DNA from: Psilocybe cubensis
Taxonomy: Eukaryota
Reading direction: 5' to 3'
DNA: 64,000 bases
Assembly (NCBI GenBank): GCA_017499595.2
Contig: CM039010.1
Coordinates: 1-64,000, forward strand
Shown here: positions 42,341-54,400 of the stretch, in pieces
How positions within the stretch are numbered: the stretch's first letter is position 1
Layout: the number at the start of each line of letters is the position of its first letter
Notes under the pieces: model-generated
Seen by the model: the letters and a program-made list of their open reading frames with translations, nothing else
Databases searched by the model: none
Told to the model about the DNA's origin: nothing
Position numbers and translations under genes: made by a program

Positions 42341-45300
42341 ACAGTTTTTGGCGTCAACGACGAAGCTGGCCGCCACAACGCCCTCATCGACGAGTTGGCC
42401 ACTGTCGTCATCAAGAAAATAGCTGAGTGCCGCTCCATTGACCAGATTGTAGACTGCGTCTTTTTTGACTATCGTGCTGCCCTTAGGGAGTTTCTCCTCA
42501 ACCTCGCATCGTGGTGCGATAAGAGGGAAACAGTCAAGGCTAGCCTCGAGCGCCTTGAACTTGCCGTTAGCGCAGGCAACACCCCCAATCGCCTTCGGGT
42601 GAAGGCTCCCGAGTTCCAACTTACGAAGGAATTCGCGGATGCCGGGTCAGCGGAAGCTCTTCGAGTTTCCTCTACGTTCTCCACCGCTCGTGATGTCTTC
42701 CAAAAGGCAATCAACGACGGCGCCATTCAGGCGAAAAAGGACGAACTGGCCTTTTGGGATGATAAATGCGCACTCAATAACTGTTATGAAGCTGCTGCCC
42801 TCATCGTTAAGACAACTTACGATGATCGCAAATCCAGCTATAAGCTCCCCGTTTTCTCTACAGACAACAAGGGAGTTCGTCGAATAACAGATTGGGTAGT
42901 GTCACCGCAGAAGAAGGCTGAATGCAGCGCATTGCAAACCATTTTGCCAGCCATCTTCTCTCATATCAAACAGATTGTCAACTTGCGCCACCGCGCTTTG
43001 GCAATCAAGATTGAGAAAAAGCGGTCGACTGCGGCAACAGCCGATGTCGAGATGGCCGATGCGACCAAACCAGGTCCATCGATTCAATCCCTTATTGATA
43101 AGGGCTTGAATGCACGTCTCAAGAAGCTCAACCTTGGATCTGTGGGCAAGAAGGCAAGTTCTCGTAACCCTTCACCCATAATTCTGGATACTAATTACTA
43201 TTCTAATTACCCAGACTTTGTCTGGCCAGAATTCGTCCAAGGCTCCTCAACCTCAGGCCAAGAAAGCTGGCCCTTCGAAATTCAAACCCTCGTCGACGCC
43301 TTCGCAGAAGAAGCCCCAAACCAAGGCTTCCAACAAGGTCGACAACAAGAAGAAAGGGAAGGGGAGAGCTCCCGTCAAGAACGATCCAAAGGGAAAGGGA
43401 AAGGCAAGAGCCTAGACGCGCGGTCTAATGTAGTACCTTTTACGTCGGTAAGACCCGCCTTCCCCAACTCTATTCCTGACGATATACTCACCATGACTAA
43501 AACAGACGCAGTTTCTTTTGTACACTTACATACGCCGATCTCATTCTTGTTGGCTGGCCAGTATCGTAGTAGTGTACACTGTAGTCCTGGTGTGGTGGTC
43601 CCTGTAGATATAGCAAATGATTTGTCGCTCGGACTCAATTATATGTTTTTTACTCTGCCTTCTCAAAGTCTGATCATGCAAGCATGGAATGATTTTCAAC
43701 GAAGAATAAGATGGCGTATCTATTTTTTGTTTAAGGAAGGCATGAACAAACCTTTTGATCCAGATTACGGAGTAAGCTCAAAAAAGAAAGAGAAATCTCC
43801 AGTATTACCGCAATACATGGAACTTGGCCTTTCGATGGGACGTCGGTACGTGCAACGCACGATCGCAAGTATCCCGGAAGAAGCCCTTACGGAGATGCGA
43901 AAGCACGCGTTCTCTCCTAAAAGGGACAAGATCCGTAAGTTTCTTATCGATAACAACTATGTTATTACGATGACAGATAAGAATCTTGGCCTCGCGGTGT
44001 CTGAACGCGACTGGATATTAAGGAATGAGCTCAATCTTCTTGAAGATGAACGTAACTATGAAGAGTTAGAATTCGAAGTTGCGCAAGAAGTAATGAAGAG
44101 CAAAATGATCCAGATGCAAACTCTTGCACGTACCGTCGAAGATGAACATCTGTTTCTATTTGAACTTGGGTTGTCTCGATTCTTTCTATCGAATGTACCG
44201 GAAGACGGATCATCGTTCAAGTATCCTCAATTTCATGGTATACCTAAAATCCACAAGAAACCTACTGGATTTAGGCCCATAATTCCGTGTCACTCTGTAG
44301 TATTTAATCCTGCAGCCAAGTTTGTATCAAAAGAGCTTAAGCCGATTATTAAATCGACTCCTTCAATCATTCACGGAACGAAGGATCTCTTTACGAGATT
44401 AAGCCAATTGCGTATAGACCCCAAACGACAATGGTATTTTGTCACCGGGGATGTAGTTGCTTTCTATCCCAATATTCCGTTGGACTTGTGCATCGAAATC
44501 GTTTGTAGTATGTACGAGGAATGGTTACTCAATGCTTCGGAAGAAAACACTGCATTAGCCCATATTAATCCAAATTCGTTAGAGAATAACTTGGTTAAAT
44601 TGGGCATCTTTAAACGTGCTATCGAGATTGGCAATACGCAATTGATAACACAACATGGGTCTAGATATTTTAGACAAAAAAATGGCCTCGCAATGGGCGT
44701 CGCGGATTCTCCGGACCTTGCTAACCTCTTTGGAGCCCATTTTGAAATAAAGTCAAAAATCTTAGACCACCCTAATGTGGCCTTCTATGGAAGGTACATC
44801 GACGATTGTTTTGCAATTGTTTACGCCGAGTCCGAAGCACTTGCACTTAATTTAATTAAAGAAACAATAAAGTTCGATGGTTGTGTTATCGAATGGGCTG
44901 TTTCCTCGTCGGGATGTCAATTTCTCGATGCTTTCATATTCAAGGAGTCTGGAAAACTTCATTGGAAGCCTTTTGTCAAGACAGGAAACAACCGAGAACG
45001 AGTTCCATGGGTATCACATCATCCTTTAGACGTCAAACGTGGCGTTTACATTGGAGAGTTATCCAGGTTAGCCGTGCTATGTAGTACCAAGGAAATCTAC
45101 ATTGGAGCAATTAGAGACCTTAACGCTCTCTATTTGATGCGCGGTTATCCCGAAAACCTAGTCATGTCTTGGTGTAAGAAGAATATACAAGAACGTTGGG
45201 AAAAGCGATTCGCTTTACGAATCGCAGAGCACGACGAATCCATTCTTGTACTTAAAACCAGGTTTGATCAGGTATGGAATTGGTTTTCAGCTGCTGAACT

Positions 45301-46633
45301 TGGAAAAACTGTTACCGAGTACTGGTCGGCATGGTATGAACATGCCGAGAAAGGTCTGTATAGTGTAGACTCGTCCAGACCCCTTATCAAACCAGATCCA
45401 AATTACGTTCACGACCTCGATGATGTTCGCCCGGAGCTGTTCACACAGATCCTCGTGGACGGAGAAACTGAGTTCGTACCGGATTTGAGGAAGATAGGAC
45501 TACTCGGAAGTCGTTGGATAGTATCGCGAAAGCGCAATACTAATCTTTTCGACCTTGCAAATGTGTGGAAGAAAACAGTTTTTCGTAAACTGGATGAAGA
45601 CATTGCCGAAAAAGGTGGTGTTGTTCCCGAAACTCAAAACGTTAATGAAACTTATCATTCTGCTCTAGTTGAAGCTGCTGAACAGATAAGTATCGAAAGC
45701 GATAACGAGATAATACTTCATAGACGTTCAATCTCACAAGAGAGGGAACATCCAGAATTCGGCAGAATATCCAAATCTTACAACCGATGAAAAGAATACT
45801 AGCGCTTAAGGCGTAAAGCATTAGAAAAAAACCCTAACCGTAAGTATTCATTGCTATAAAGTAACAAACATCTACTTACAAGCAACACATTGGATTAAAT
45901 AGCTAAACCTAAACCTAAACCCTAAACCCTAAACCCTAAGCCCTAACCTAACCCCAACCCTAAGCTAACTAAGTCTAACCTTAGTAGGAAGTAAGGTAGG
46001 CGTGTGAACTTCCGAACGGCATGTGATTGTGAAGGGCCGGATCTAATTTAGTACATGGGAAAAGTTACTTAGTACTTCGGGAAAAGTTCCTTAGTACCGT
46101 GGAAACATTTTTGATGGACCGGATCATGAACTGTCCAATTAAGATTCACAACAATCAATCAATTGATTGTTAGGTAAGGACCCAGGTAAGCTATTTATAC
46201 TCTTGACATGTGAATATTCCCATGTCGCGGTTACTCGGAGCCACGTAACCAGAGTAATCTATATCCATGTGATTCACATCACAGTCAATAACCCACGATG
46301 TCAAAGAACAAAAGTGTTGGATCCACTTTTGACAGGTTACCATGTGCCACATTGACCCGTGACACTCTGTTCATCAGAGACCTGTCTAACTTGACAATAA
46401 ACATTGACAGATTTGTGATAGTCGGTAAGATACATGACAGCTGCACAGCATCACTTCACGCGCTGTCATCGGATGTCTAGAACATTCCTTCTAAGAATAG
46501 CCACTGAAGAGTCTATAAAGACGAAAGGGCTGGTTGTTGGTACCCCCCAACAGCCCTCTGGCCTTCTTTCCATTTAACTCACAGTTTAAACAAGTCGCTC
46601 GCACCTCGCTTCGCTCGGTGCTCGCTCCCCCCC
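42340..46633 (+). mobile_element. PLE copy 9 (subtype B), most proximal, 5'-truncated; hammerhead at 46493-46568
   Basis: Lacks the leader and first ~27 codons. Joined to unique DNA by CCCTAAACCCTAA (46631-46643). Confidence 0.9.
42341..45790 (+). pseudogene. 5'-truncated RT polyprotein ORF (native ATG lost, otherwise open)
   Basis: Frame begins at TVFGVNDE, directly after the telomeric repeats. Confidence 0.85.
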
Positions 46634-46954
46634 TAAACCCTAACGCCGTCTCACGGCGCCCTACCATGAAGCATAGTCCGTTACAGGTGGCGTTTGGGTG
46701 GTGTTCATGCTATATTTGAGTACAACGCACATGGAATAGTTCTATTTCCTCGCCAAAAGAACTCTTCGTAACTCTTCGTAATCATAGGCCCTCGCTCTTG
46801 GGCGCTGATGCAGGTCGTATCAACATGATCAGACACAGCCTCTTTATACCCTCCAAAAATAACGGTCAAAAGAGCTATAAGATGGAACGATCTCCAGTCC
46901 GAATTGACTTTGATCAATTAATTGACCCTGCACAACAACAGTAACCACAACACC

Positions 46955-48406
46955 ATGCCCGTCCTCCTCCCTATAGAGCTCATCGATCACATCATCCACC
47001 AAGCGGTTCACACCGCACAATCACATCCAAAAGGGACATCATCCATTGCACTCATATCACATCGTTATCGCACCATGTTATATAGGGAGCGCTTCTCCTC
47101 AGTTGCCTTCATGGACTGGCCGACTGATTACAACAAAGACAAATTTACGTATCGCATACTTGGACTGGCCAAACTTGTTGCTGAATCTATCCAATATCCG
47201 AGGATGCGCGGTGTACACACATTTATCACATCATTCTCACTCATTGCATGGCCCTATAGAGAAATCCTTAATGATACATCGCAAATCTCACAATCTTTAA
47301 TCACAATCCTCGACAACCTGTTCCGCGACCCGTCGTCACTATCATCCATCCCATATCGCACTCTGACGCTAAGGACACCACATGGATGGCCCAAGAACAA
47401 AGCTTTAGCTGCTTCACTTCGCTCGATGATCAAAACATCGCACATCAACGCCCTTTGCGTGGATGACGATTCTCATTTGCCGTCTGATATCATCCTCGGA
47501 TGCAACATTGAGCATCTAACAATCAAACGCGGCTTTTGCCTGGACAGGAAATTCAAAAGTGGGGCTCATAATTCCTATTTTAATCCTGTTCCTCTAAAGT
47601 CTTTGACAATCACTGGAGTGTATGAGAGCGAATTCGTGTTTCACAATATTACAATGGTTATATGTGGCCAGAATTTTCCGGCACCGGATATGTTTGCTCA
47701 TCTGACAACCCTGGCTATATACAAATCCTTTCCAGATCTCATCGCATGTGTAGTAAACAACACAAACATATTAGAATCTCTAACAATTCAATTTTTACAA
47801 AGACTGTTACCCTGTACGTGTCCTACATGTCATTTCTGTGCGGTGTGTGACTGACGAGAATGTCAAAAATTTGAAGCAGGTGATGCGGCCAAAATACCTC
47901 GTATCCATTTCAAGTCATTACAACATCTAAAAGCGCTCAACATCTCATACCTGAGGAAAATAGACAAAGAAACACCGCCAATAACACCCATCGCATTCTT
48001 CCAACACGAGGATCCACCACCGCTTCTCGAAAAATTCACTTTGAAAATAACATTAGTCAACTCTTTTCCACCTCCCTTCCGCTCACCGGAGGATGACCTC
48101 AACAGCGCCATACAAGAAAAACACGAAATCTCACAATGGGACAGGTACCTCTCTTCCCTGAAGCCACTCTGCAATCTGCACACAATCACTGTAGACCTGC
48201 TCATTCGACGCCTTGTATGCTTTCCTGGAGAGATTCAGTGCTACCCAAGCTGGAGCGATACATGGTGCCCCTACTTTTCCGATGCGTTTGTGAAGTGCAA
48301 TAGGGTGTATAAGGCTGTACATGTGACAGTGCGCGCGGACACGATCTTGCATGCAAAGGTCAAGAATCCAGAATATTTTTACCGGGCGTTCTGCAAGTTA
48401 AGATAA
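46955..48406 (+). CDS. Hypothetical protein with N-terminal F-box-like motif; predicted join(46955..47813, 47877 or 47880..48406)
   Basis: Starts MPVLLPIELIDHIIHQA. GTACGT donor at 47814, CTGAC branch at 47851, AG at 47876 or 47879 restores frame into ORF 48041-48406. The 3' end is uncertain. Confidence 0.6.
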
Positions 48407-48873
48407 GGTGTTTATTTTATTTTATTTCTAGCACAGTGTGATGCCAGAGAGGAATTTCAGAGGTGACACGAGCGCACAAACAATTCGGTAGCATAAAGAG
48501 CTGACTTGTTCCTTGTCGAGGTTCAACAACCCCCGCGCTAAGCTCCACCCTTCCCATCACTTTATCTTTCTCGTCTGGAGGCACCCTGTTGCTGAGCACA
48601 AGTCGTGTGTTATGTTAATAATATCATACCCTCTACCGCTGTCGCATGCTCCCATCTTCTTTATCCTATTTCATCTCATCGTTGATTTCGCTTGTAATGT
48701 TGATTCACGCTCTTTGCTACCACTATCTTCCAAAAATAAGCAAATCCATGTCGCTCATACAAGGACAATGTCAACCCCTCCGCTCATCATCGACAGTGTA
48801 CACTCTATTTTTGACGTCGATTAAGACACGAATCAGATTGAAGAGGTGTGAAGGGGTGGTGCGTTTGCGTTTG

Positions 48874-48918
48874 CGAGAGTGAGAGTGAGAGAATGAGTGT
48901 GAGAGTGAGAGTGAGAGT
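48874..48918. repeat. Imperfect (GAGAGT)n microsatellite
   Basis: Direct reading. Confidence 0.7.
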
Positions 48919-49348
48919 CATCACTGTCCCAGCCCCATACGGCGGTTTGCAATTGAAATAATTGAAGTTCTTGGTAATACGTATATCTCACGCATTGCGT
49001 TGTCATTTACTTCCCTCTTCTTTCCGTCCAACTGTCGATGTTGATCAAAAAGCCATGAACACGAAGTGCCGAATGCCGAAAGGCCGTGCGTAGCATTACT
49101 TATGTCCCACGGTCACTTTGCGTCGTGATTATCTCGGAGATATTATTACTCAAGGAAAACAGTGTTATCTGATTTCTTATCTCACTCTGGGCGACGTCGC
49201 CTTTGATGTGCGATGTTTATGTTATCCCACCTTCATGACAGTGTTAAGAAGTACTCAAACTTATCAAGATATTCTGTGTGTCCCGAGGTATTTGTATTCT
49301 TTTTAATTTTCATTAGATACTAACTGCATTTTGTTGGCTAGCATCAAA

Positions 49349-51460
49349 CTAAATTACTGCCCTGAAGCCCTGTGGCTCATGTGTAGGCCTCATCACCTGG
49401 AAGGTTAATCCTCCATCCTTTTTTCGGTGGCGCTCACGCTTCTCGATCACCAGACGCCCTTGCGAGAACCCTTCAGCTAGACAGCGCGGCTGTGCTGGCC
49501 GCAACTGGGGTCTCGGTTCGGCCGTCAGGGTCGCTGTGACCCTGCTCACACTCCCCTTTTGGTCCTCCTCGGTCTGCGCCGAGGTGCTCGTTCCACTCCC
49601 ACGTACCAGTAGTGAGCCTGCTCGTGGACGTTTGAGGGCAGAGGCGGATTCACCCCTGGGTAAAAGAGGAAGCAAGGAGATGGAATATTAAATACTGAGA
49701 AAAACAATAAAAGGTGTGTTGTACATACCTATCTCCGTTTGCCGTCGACAGTCTTCGCTTCCGTGTATATCTAGAAGCGGTGGCGACTTGACTAATTTCA
49801 AAAGGTACGGTCAGTTTTTTTGTTGTGTTCGTTGACTAGACAATGGGTTGACTCGTACCTGTCGCCATTCCGTGTTTCTGTGCAATGATTGGTCATCCTA
49901 CATAATCGAAAAGAAGTGTCAGATACGGTTTCACACTCTGACGATGAGAAAAGAAAACAATTTATCATACCCTCCATTGCCCTGTCTGAGCTTTGCAAGA
50001 GACTCGACGGGGTTACCCCCGGAGCCCTCTTCACGGTTCAATTTCATCTTGATGGATCTATCTTGATAACTTGTTTCCATTTCTCCGATATAGGAGTGGA
50101 AACTGTCGGTAGCGCTCCTTGGGATGTTGGCATGGCTTCCATGTTGATAATAGGAAACCAGTTGTTCAACGTTTTCAAGGGTTGGAAGAAACTGTTGTCT
50201 TCGTTTGTCATCTTCTGTGTGCACCCTAGTGAGGGTATGTGCCGCCTGTTCTGGTGGTTCTGGATCAGTTCCCCAGATTCCGCCATGAATGATGTCAATA
50301 TAGCGATTTTGCTTCCCAGGTTTGGACGCAGCACTCGTGGAGGTGGTGGAGGGCTCATTCAAGTACCTGAGGACAATGAGTTCTAAGGCCAATCTGAGTC
50401 CTGCGATGCAAGACGTACCTTTCATCCTGATCAACAAATTGACATGCCGCGGGATTTCTGAAAGACAGAGCTTGATTACTGCTCGATGCCAGGGGAGGGG
50501 TATTCATGCACGTTGACGTAGAGAATAAGCCCTCAGAACGAGGTATAATTCTATTCAGTGAGGAGTTCCTTGAGACAAGCGGTCTAGTCGAAATGATGCC
50601 TGCACCTGACATAGAAAGCTGGTTAGCGGGATCGACAAAGTTGATACCCTCCGGAGCAGATGAAAAGCCTAAATCTATTGATGAAAACAATATGGAAGCC
50701 GTTGTTAGTCTGAAGTCTCGAATACGGGGTATCTCGGTTCTTACAATTCAAGTCGTCGAAGGCTTGCGATTGATACAATGATGATGATGCCATGGCAGGC
50801 TCCTTGTTAATTCGATGGCATGACGAAGATGATGCTGGAGAGGTGTTGAATGGAATGTGTAATTTGGGGGCCCGAGTTGACGCAGATGCTGCATTTGTTG
50901 TGGTGCACATATCAGGTATCGAGTTCAACATTGCTTCTTAAAGATTATGGTCAGTATTTTGTTGTGAAATCAAATGTTCCCATTTCTTACTGCTAGTGTC
51001 TGATGAAGTTGACGCAGTAGATGAAAATGGTTTGATGCCATGTTCTATGGGAATTTCCATGTTTATTGACGATAAGGGCATGGTGCTTGGAGGGCCAGTA
51101 ATGCTGTCGGTAATAACATCTTTTGAGGGATGGTCTTCAAGTACCAGTTGTGGATCTTCTGAGTGCAGATCACATATTGATCAGAAATCCAAGTCGAATA
51201 TGATACGGAGATTACCCACCAGCCAACAGCTCGGAGAAGAAAAGATCGTAACCCAAAGGATACTCGAGGAAAGAGTAGTCAAAAAAATTGCTGGAATCCA
51301 TGTTTGAGTATACTGGCTTGGGGTACCAATGTAGGAGGGGGGGAAGAATGGTATGGTATGGGTCGATGAACTATTTCTCATGTTCCCGGCTCTTGTAGGG
51401 CTAGTGCAGGATGACTCGTCAGCTCCTCGTGTATAAAATGATGTTTCAACCCTTTAGGCA
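49349..51460 (-). CDS. Possible multi-exon hypothetical gene or pseudogene (Ser/Thr/Pro-rich); exon structure unresolved
   Basis: Chain of minus-strand open segments (49349-49675, 49931-50437, 50623-50931) with GTATGT/GTATGA/GTAAGA-type donors between them. No recognisable domain. Confidence 0.3.
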
Positions 51461-54400
51461 ATAAAATACAATGGTTTCCCATGAACACACACAATCGACG
51501 TTTGTCTGTGCCTATGGCCGCACCATTACCCTGACGTGCCGAGAGAAAGGACCTGTCATTATCCACCTCGTGTCCTATTTCCATCACACAAAATTCGATT
51601 GGTTAATGTGTTATTTCTCATATGTGTATGATGTGGCTACCTTGGTTGTAATTATTATTTTGTATTAGTTGGACCTCAATGACCATGTTGGCTTGTACCG
51701 GAAGCGCACACGCGGAGTTTCAATTTCTTTGGAACCAGCAAGATCTCTGTGAGAGCGTTGCTCCTGGTTTTGTATGTTCTGGCGGATGGAATTGGAGAGC
51801 ACACATCCTTGCCATATCTGTATGTCGCCTTTTCTCCAATGTCTCTTTGCTCATTTATCTGTATCATAGCTTGTCCATAGGTGCTATTGCACCGGGCACC
51901 GATCGCATACACACGCCTTTCCGACCCCGCCACATGCCACCGCTTCAACTCTCCACCCTACGCCCCTCATATCATCATCGCAGACCTCCCAACCTCTTCA
52001 CATGGTGCCTGAAATAGGGAATCTGCTTGACAGTCATTATCGTACTGCGATTAGATCAAGGTTGAATTGGGTTTATGAGCGGAGGTTACTGTCACACGTA
52101 TATTCTGTGTATTAAGGTGCGTTTTTTTCTGTTCCCTAAGTAACTGCCACTCATCTCCACCTGTCCCTTCCCACCTTGCCCTGCCCTGTATCCACACCAC
52201 ATACATTCGCATTCGCACTCCCAGGAGAGCTTGTCAATTTCAGCGTATCCGATGCATATGCACCAACCCCACCCCACTCGTACACCCGCAGCCTTTGCCA
52301 CTCTTTCCATTTTTTACATGTTCCGCCTCCGTCCCTTCCCTTGGTATTTTCGTCGAACATCCTAAGAGCAATATGCGATACACTATACGGACTCGGGCCT
52401 GGACACTCCACGCTCAGCAGTTTGAGGAGAGTGTATGCGCACATTCGCGGGTAAGATCACATCCTTTCCCCCGTTGACTTACCGTTCGCATCCTGTTTCT
52501 CCTTAGTCTTGTCTACACGGTCCAAAACAACGATGAAATAGTCAGTAGACAAGTTCTCGCACAAATCCATCTCTGTCTGCACTGGAACCGCCTCGTATCA
52601 CACCAGGTTACACCCTCCATCATCGTCGAGTGCACGTATTCTCTTTTGCCTCTCCGCTATTTTGAATTTGAGTTTGATTTCGTTGGAACACAGCGCCGTT
52701 AACCGAGAACAAGGACACTCAAGCACGAGCACGAGCCAGCCTGGGAGAAAGGCTCCCTACCCTCATTGCTGATGGGGTGTATATGCGTGCAGACGTTGGA
52801 ATCGATGTCTACAAGTACGAAGATTCGAGTGGAAGTGGTGTCGTAGTGGGTGCGCGGTGAGGAATGTGTATGGTGGGTTTGAAGAGGGTTGTTGTAGTAT
52901 GCGAGCGTGTGCATATGTGGACATGAGTGAGTAGACATTATCTCCTCTGCTACCGCTCTCCACTAATCTCCACGCTTTCCACCATTTCTCCACCACCAAC
53001 CGTTACCCGTTCGCTAAATCCTCGCTGAGAATATGTGGTCCACAACTTGGTACACACCACACGTCGTCTGTCCCGATCCCCACTCCTCGAAACACGCTGT
53101 CGAAAAAAAGGACAGGAACAAGTGGCCTTTGACATGCGCTGGTTTATGGTTCGCTGGGGATCTAGGATGCGTCTTGGCGCGAGTATGGGCAACGGTGCGG
53201 GAGATTTTGATGATTCTCGATCGGTGCACGATTGTATTGACGTTGCTGTTGAATTGAACTCTGACTCTAACATCGCCTCAGACATGGACTTTAACTCGAA
53301 CATAGGGTCTGTATAATCACCTCTCTGTTTGGCTTTAAGTCTCCGTACCCGTTTGTGTGGCTGGCAGATCGGTTGTACGTCTATACGTCTTTCTCTGTGT
53401 ATTATTATTCTCTGTACGAACCACGCCTCTCCTATTATCTGTATGTGCTATCTTTATCTTAACTTGAATCTCTATATAATTCTATCTCGTCCGGTACGTC
53501 CTCTATCTTGCGTACAATTATGCATTCAATCAAACGCGCACCTCCACTCGATTCACAACAAGAACAAACACGGAAACGTAACCTCCTGCTTTTCACTACA
53601 ACCATGGCGGCTGCCGCCAACACCACCACCAATGACTTGCGGTGCATGGAAAGAACTCCAACGACGGAGGAAGGTTTCACTGCCTTGGTTTTGGAAGGGA
53701 AGCAATAGAAAGAACTGTGCGTTTCGATCAAATGCAACCGAGAAAACTGACGACACTCTTTTCGTAGTTCGTGACCGATACGTATAATGTACACGCCCAA
53801 TGCTACTTGCCAGCGCTTGAATCTATCTTTTCCAACGAGTGGCTGCTCGTCTTGATTCCTTTCATCTCGGCCACATGTGCCTCTTCCATCTACCCAAAAC
53901 AATACGATGAGGATTTCCAACGCACAAAATTGAGTAGCGGTTGACGATGGGATAGGTGTGGGCGTGGGTGGGGTGGATATGTGTAAGGGTTAACATGGGA
54001 GTGACCATACGGCGGGCACCTGTGGGAGACTTGGGGAGGAGTTAACCTACAGTAACAGGTGAGTGTTAATTTTACTCAATATTCCACAGATACTTAATCA
54101 ATCGTTATCATAGAACTTCATGGCCCTCTCCAACGCGAAATCCTCTCCCACTTCCTTTCTTTCTCGGCGCACCATTAAACCCACACACACACTAACCGCC
54201 CAGCCTCACATTCTTTTGTCACCCACGGCCACACAGCCCGATCGACCCGTCCAACTCGCTACGCGGGTTCCTGGCACAGTTCATGCGCTTCGACCACCAA
54301 CCAGCCACTCAAAGTATTGACCTCCGCACAGCGGCTACAGCCAACACCCATGCACCATCCCAAACCTTTCCATACTTGCAACCCCTCCCACGTTATCCAT

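Larger units (their letters stand above)
148..46643 (+). mobile_element. Telomeric tandem array of an endonuclease-deficient Penelope-like retroelement (Coprina/Athena-like)
   Basis: Near-identical units all in one orientation with 5' ends toward the telomere. Fixed 3' end (...TCGCTCCCCCCC-TAAACCC), variable 5' truncations capped by CCCTAAA repeats, PLE-type RT and no GIY-YIG domain. Confidence 0.93.
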
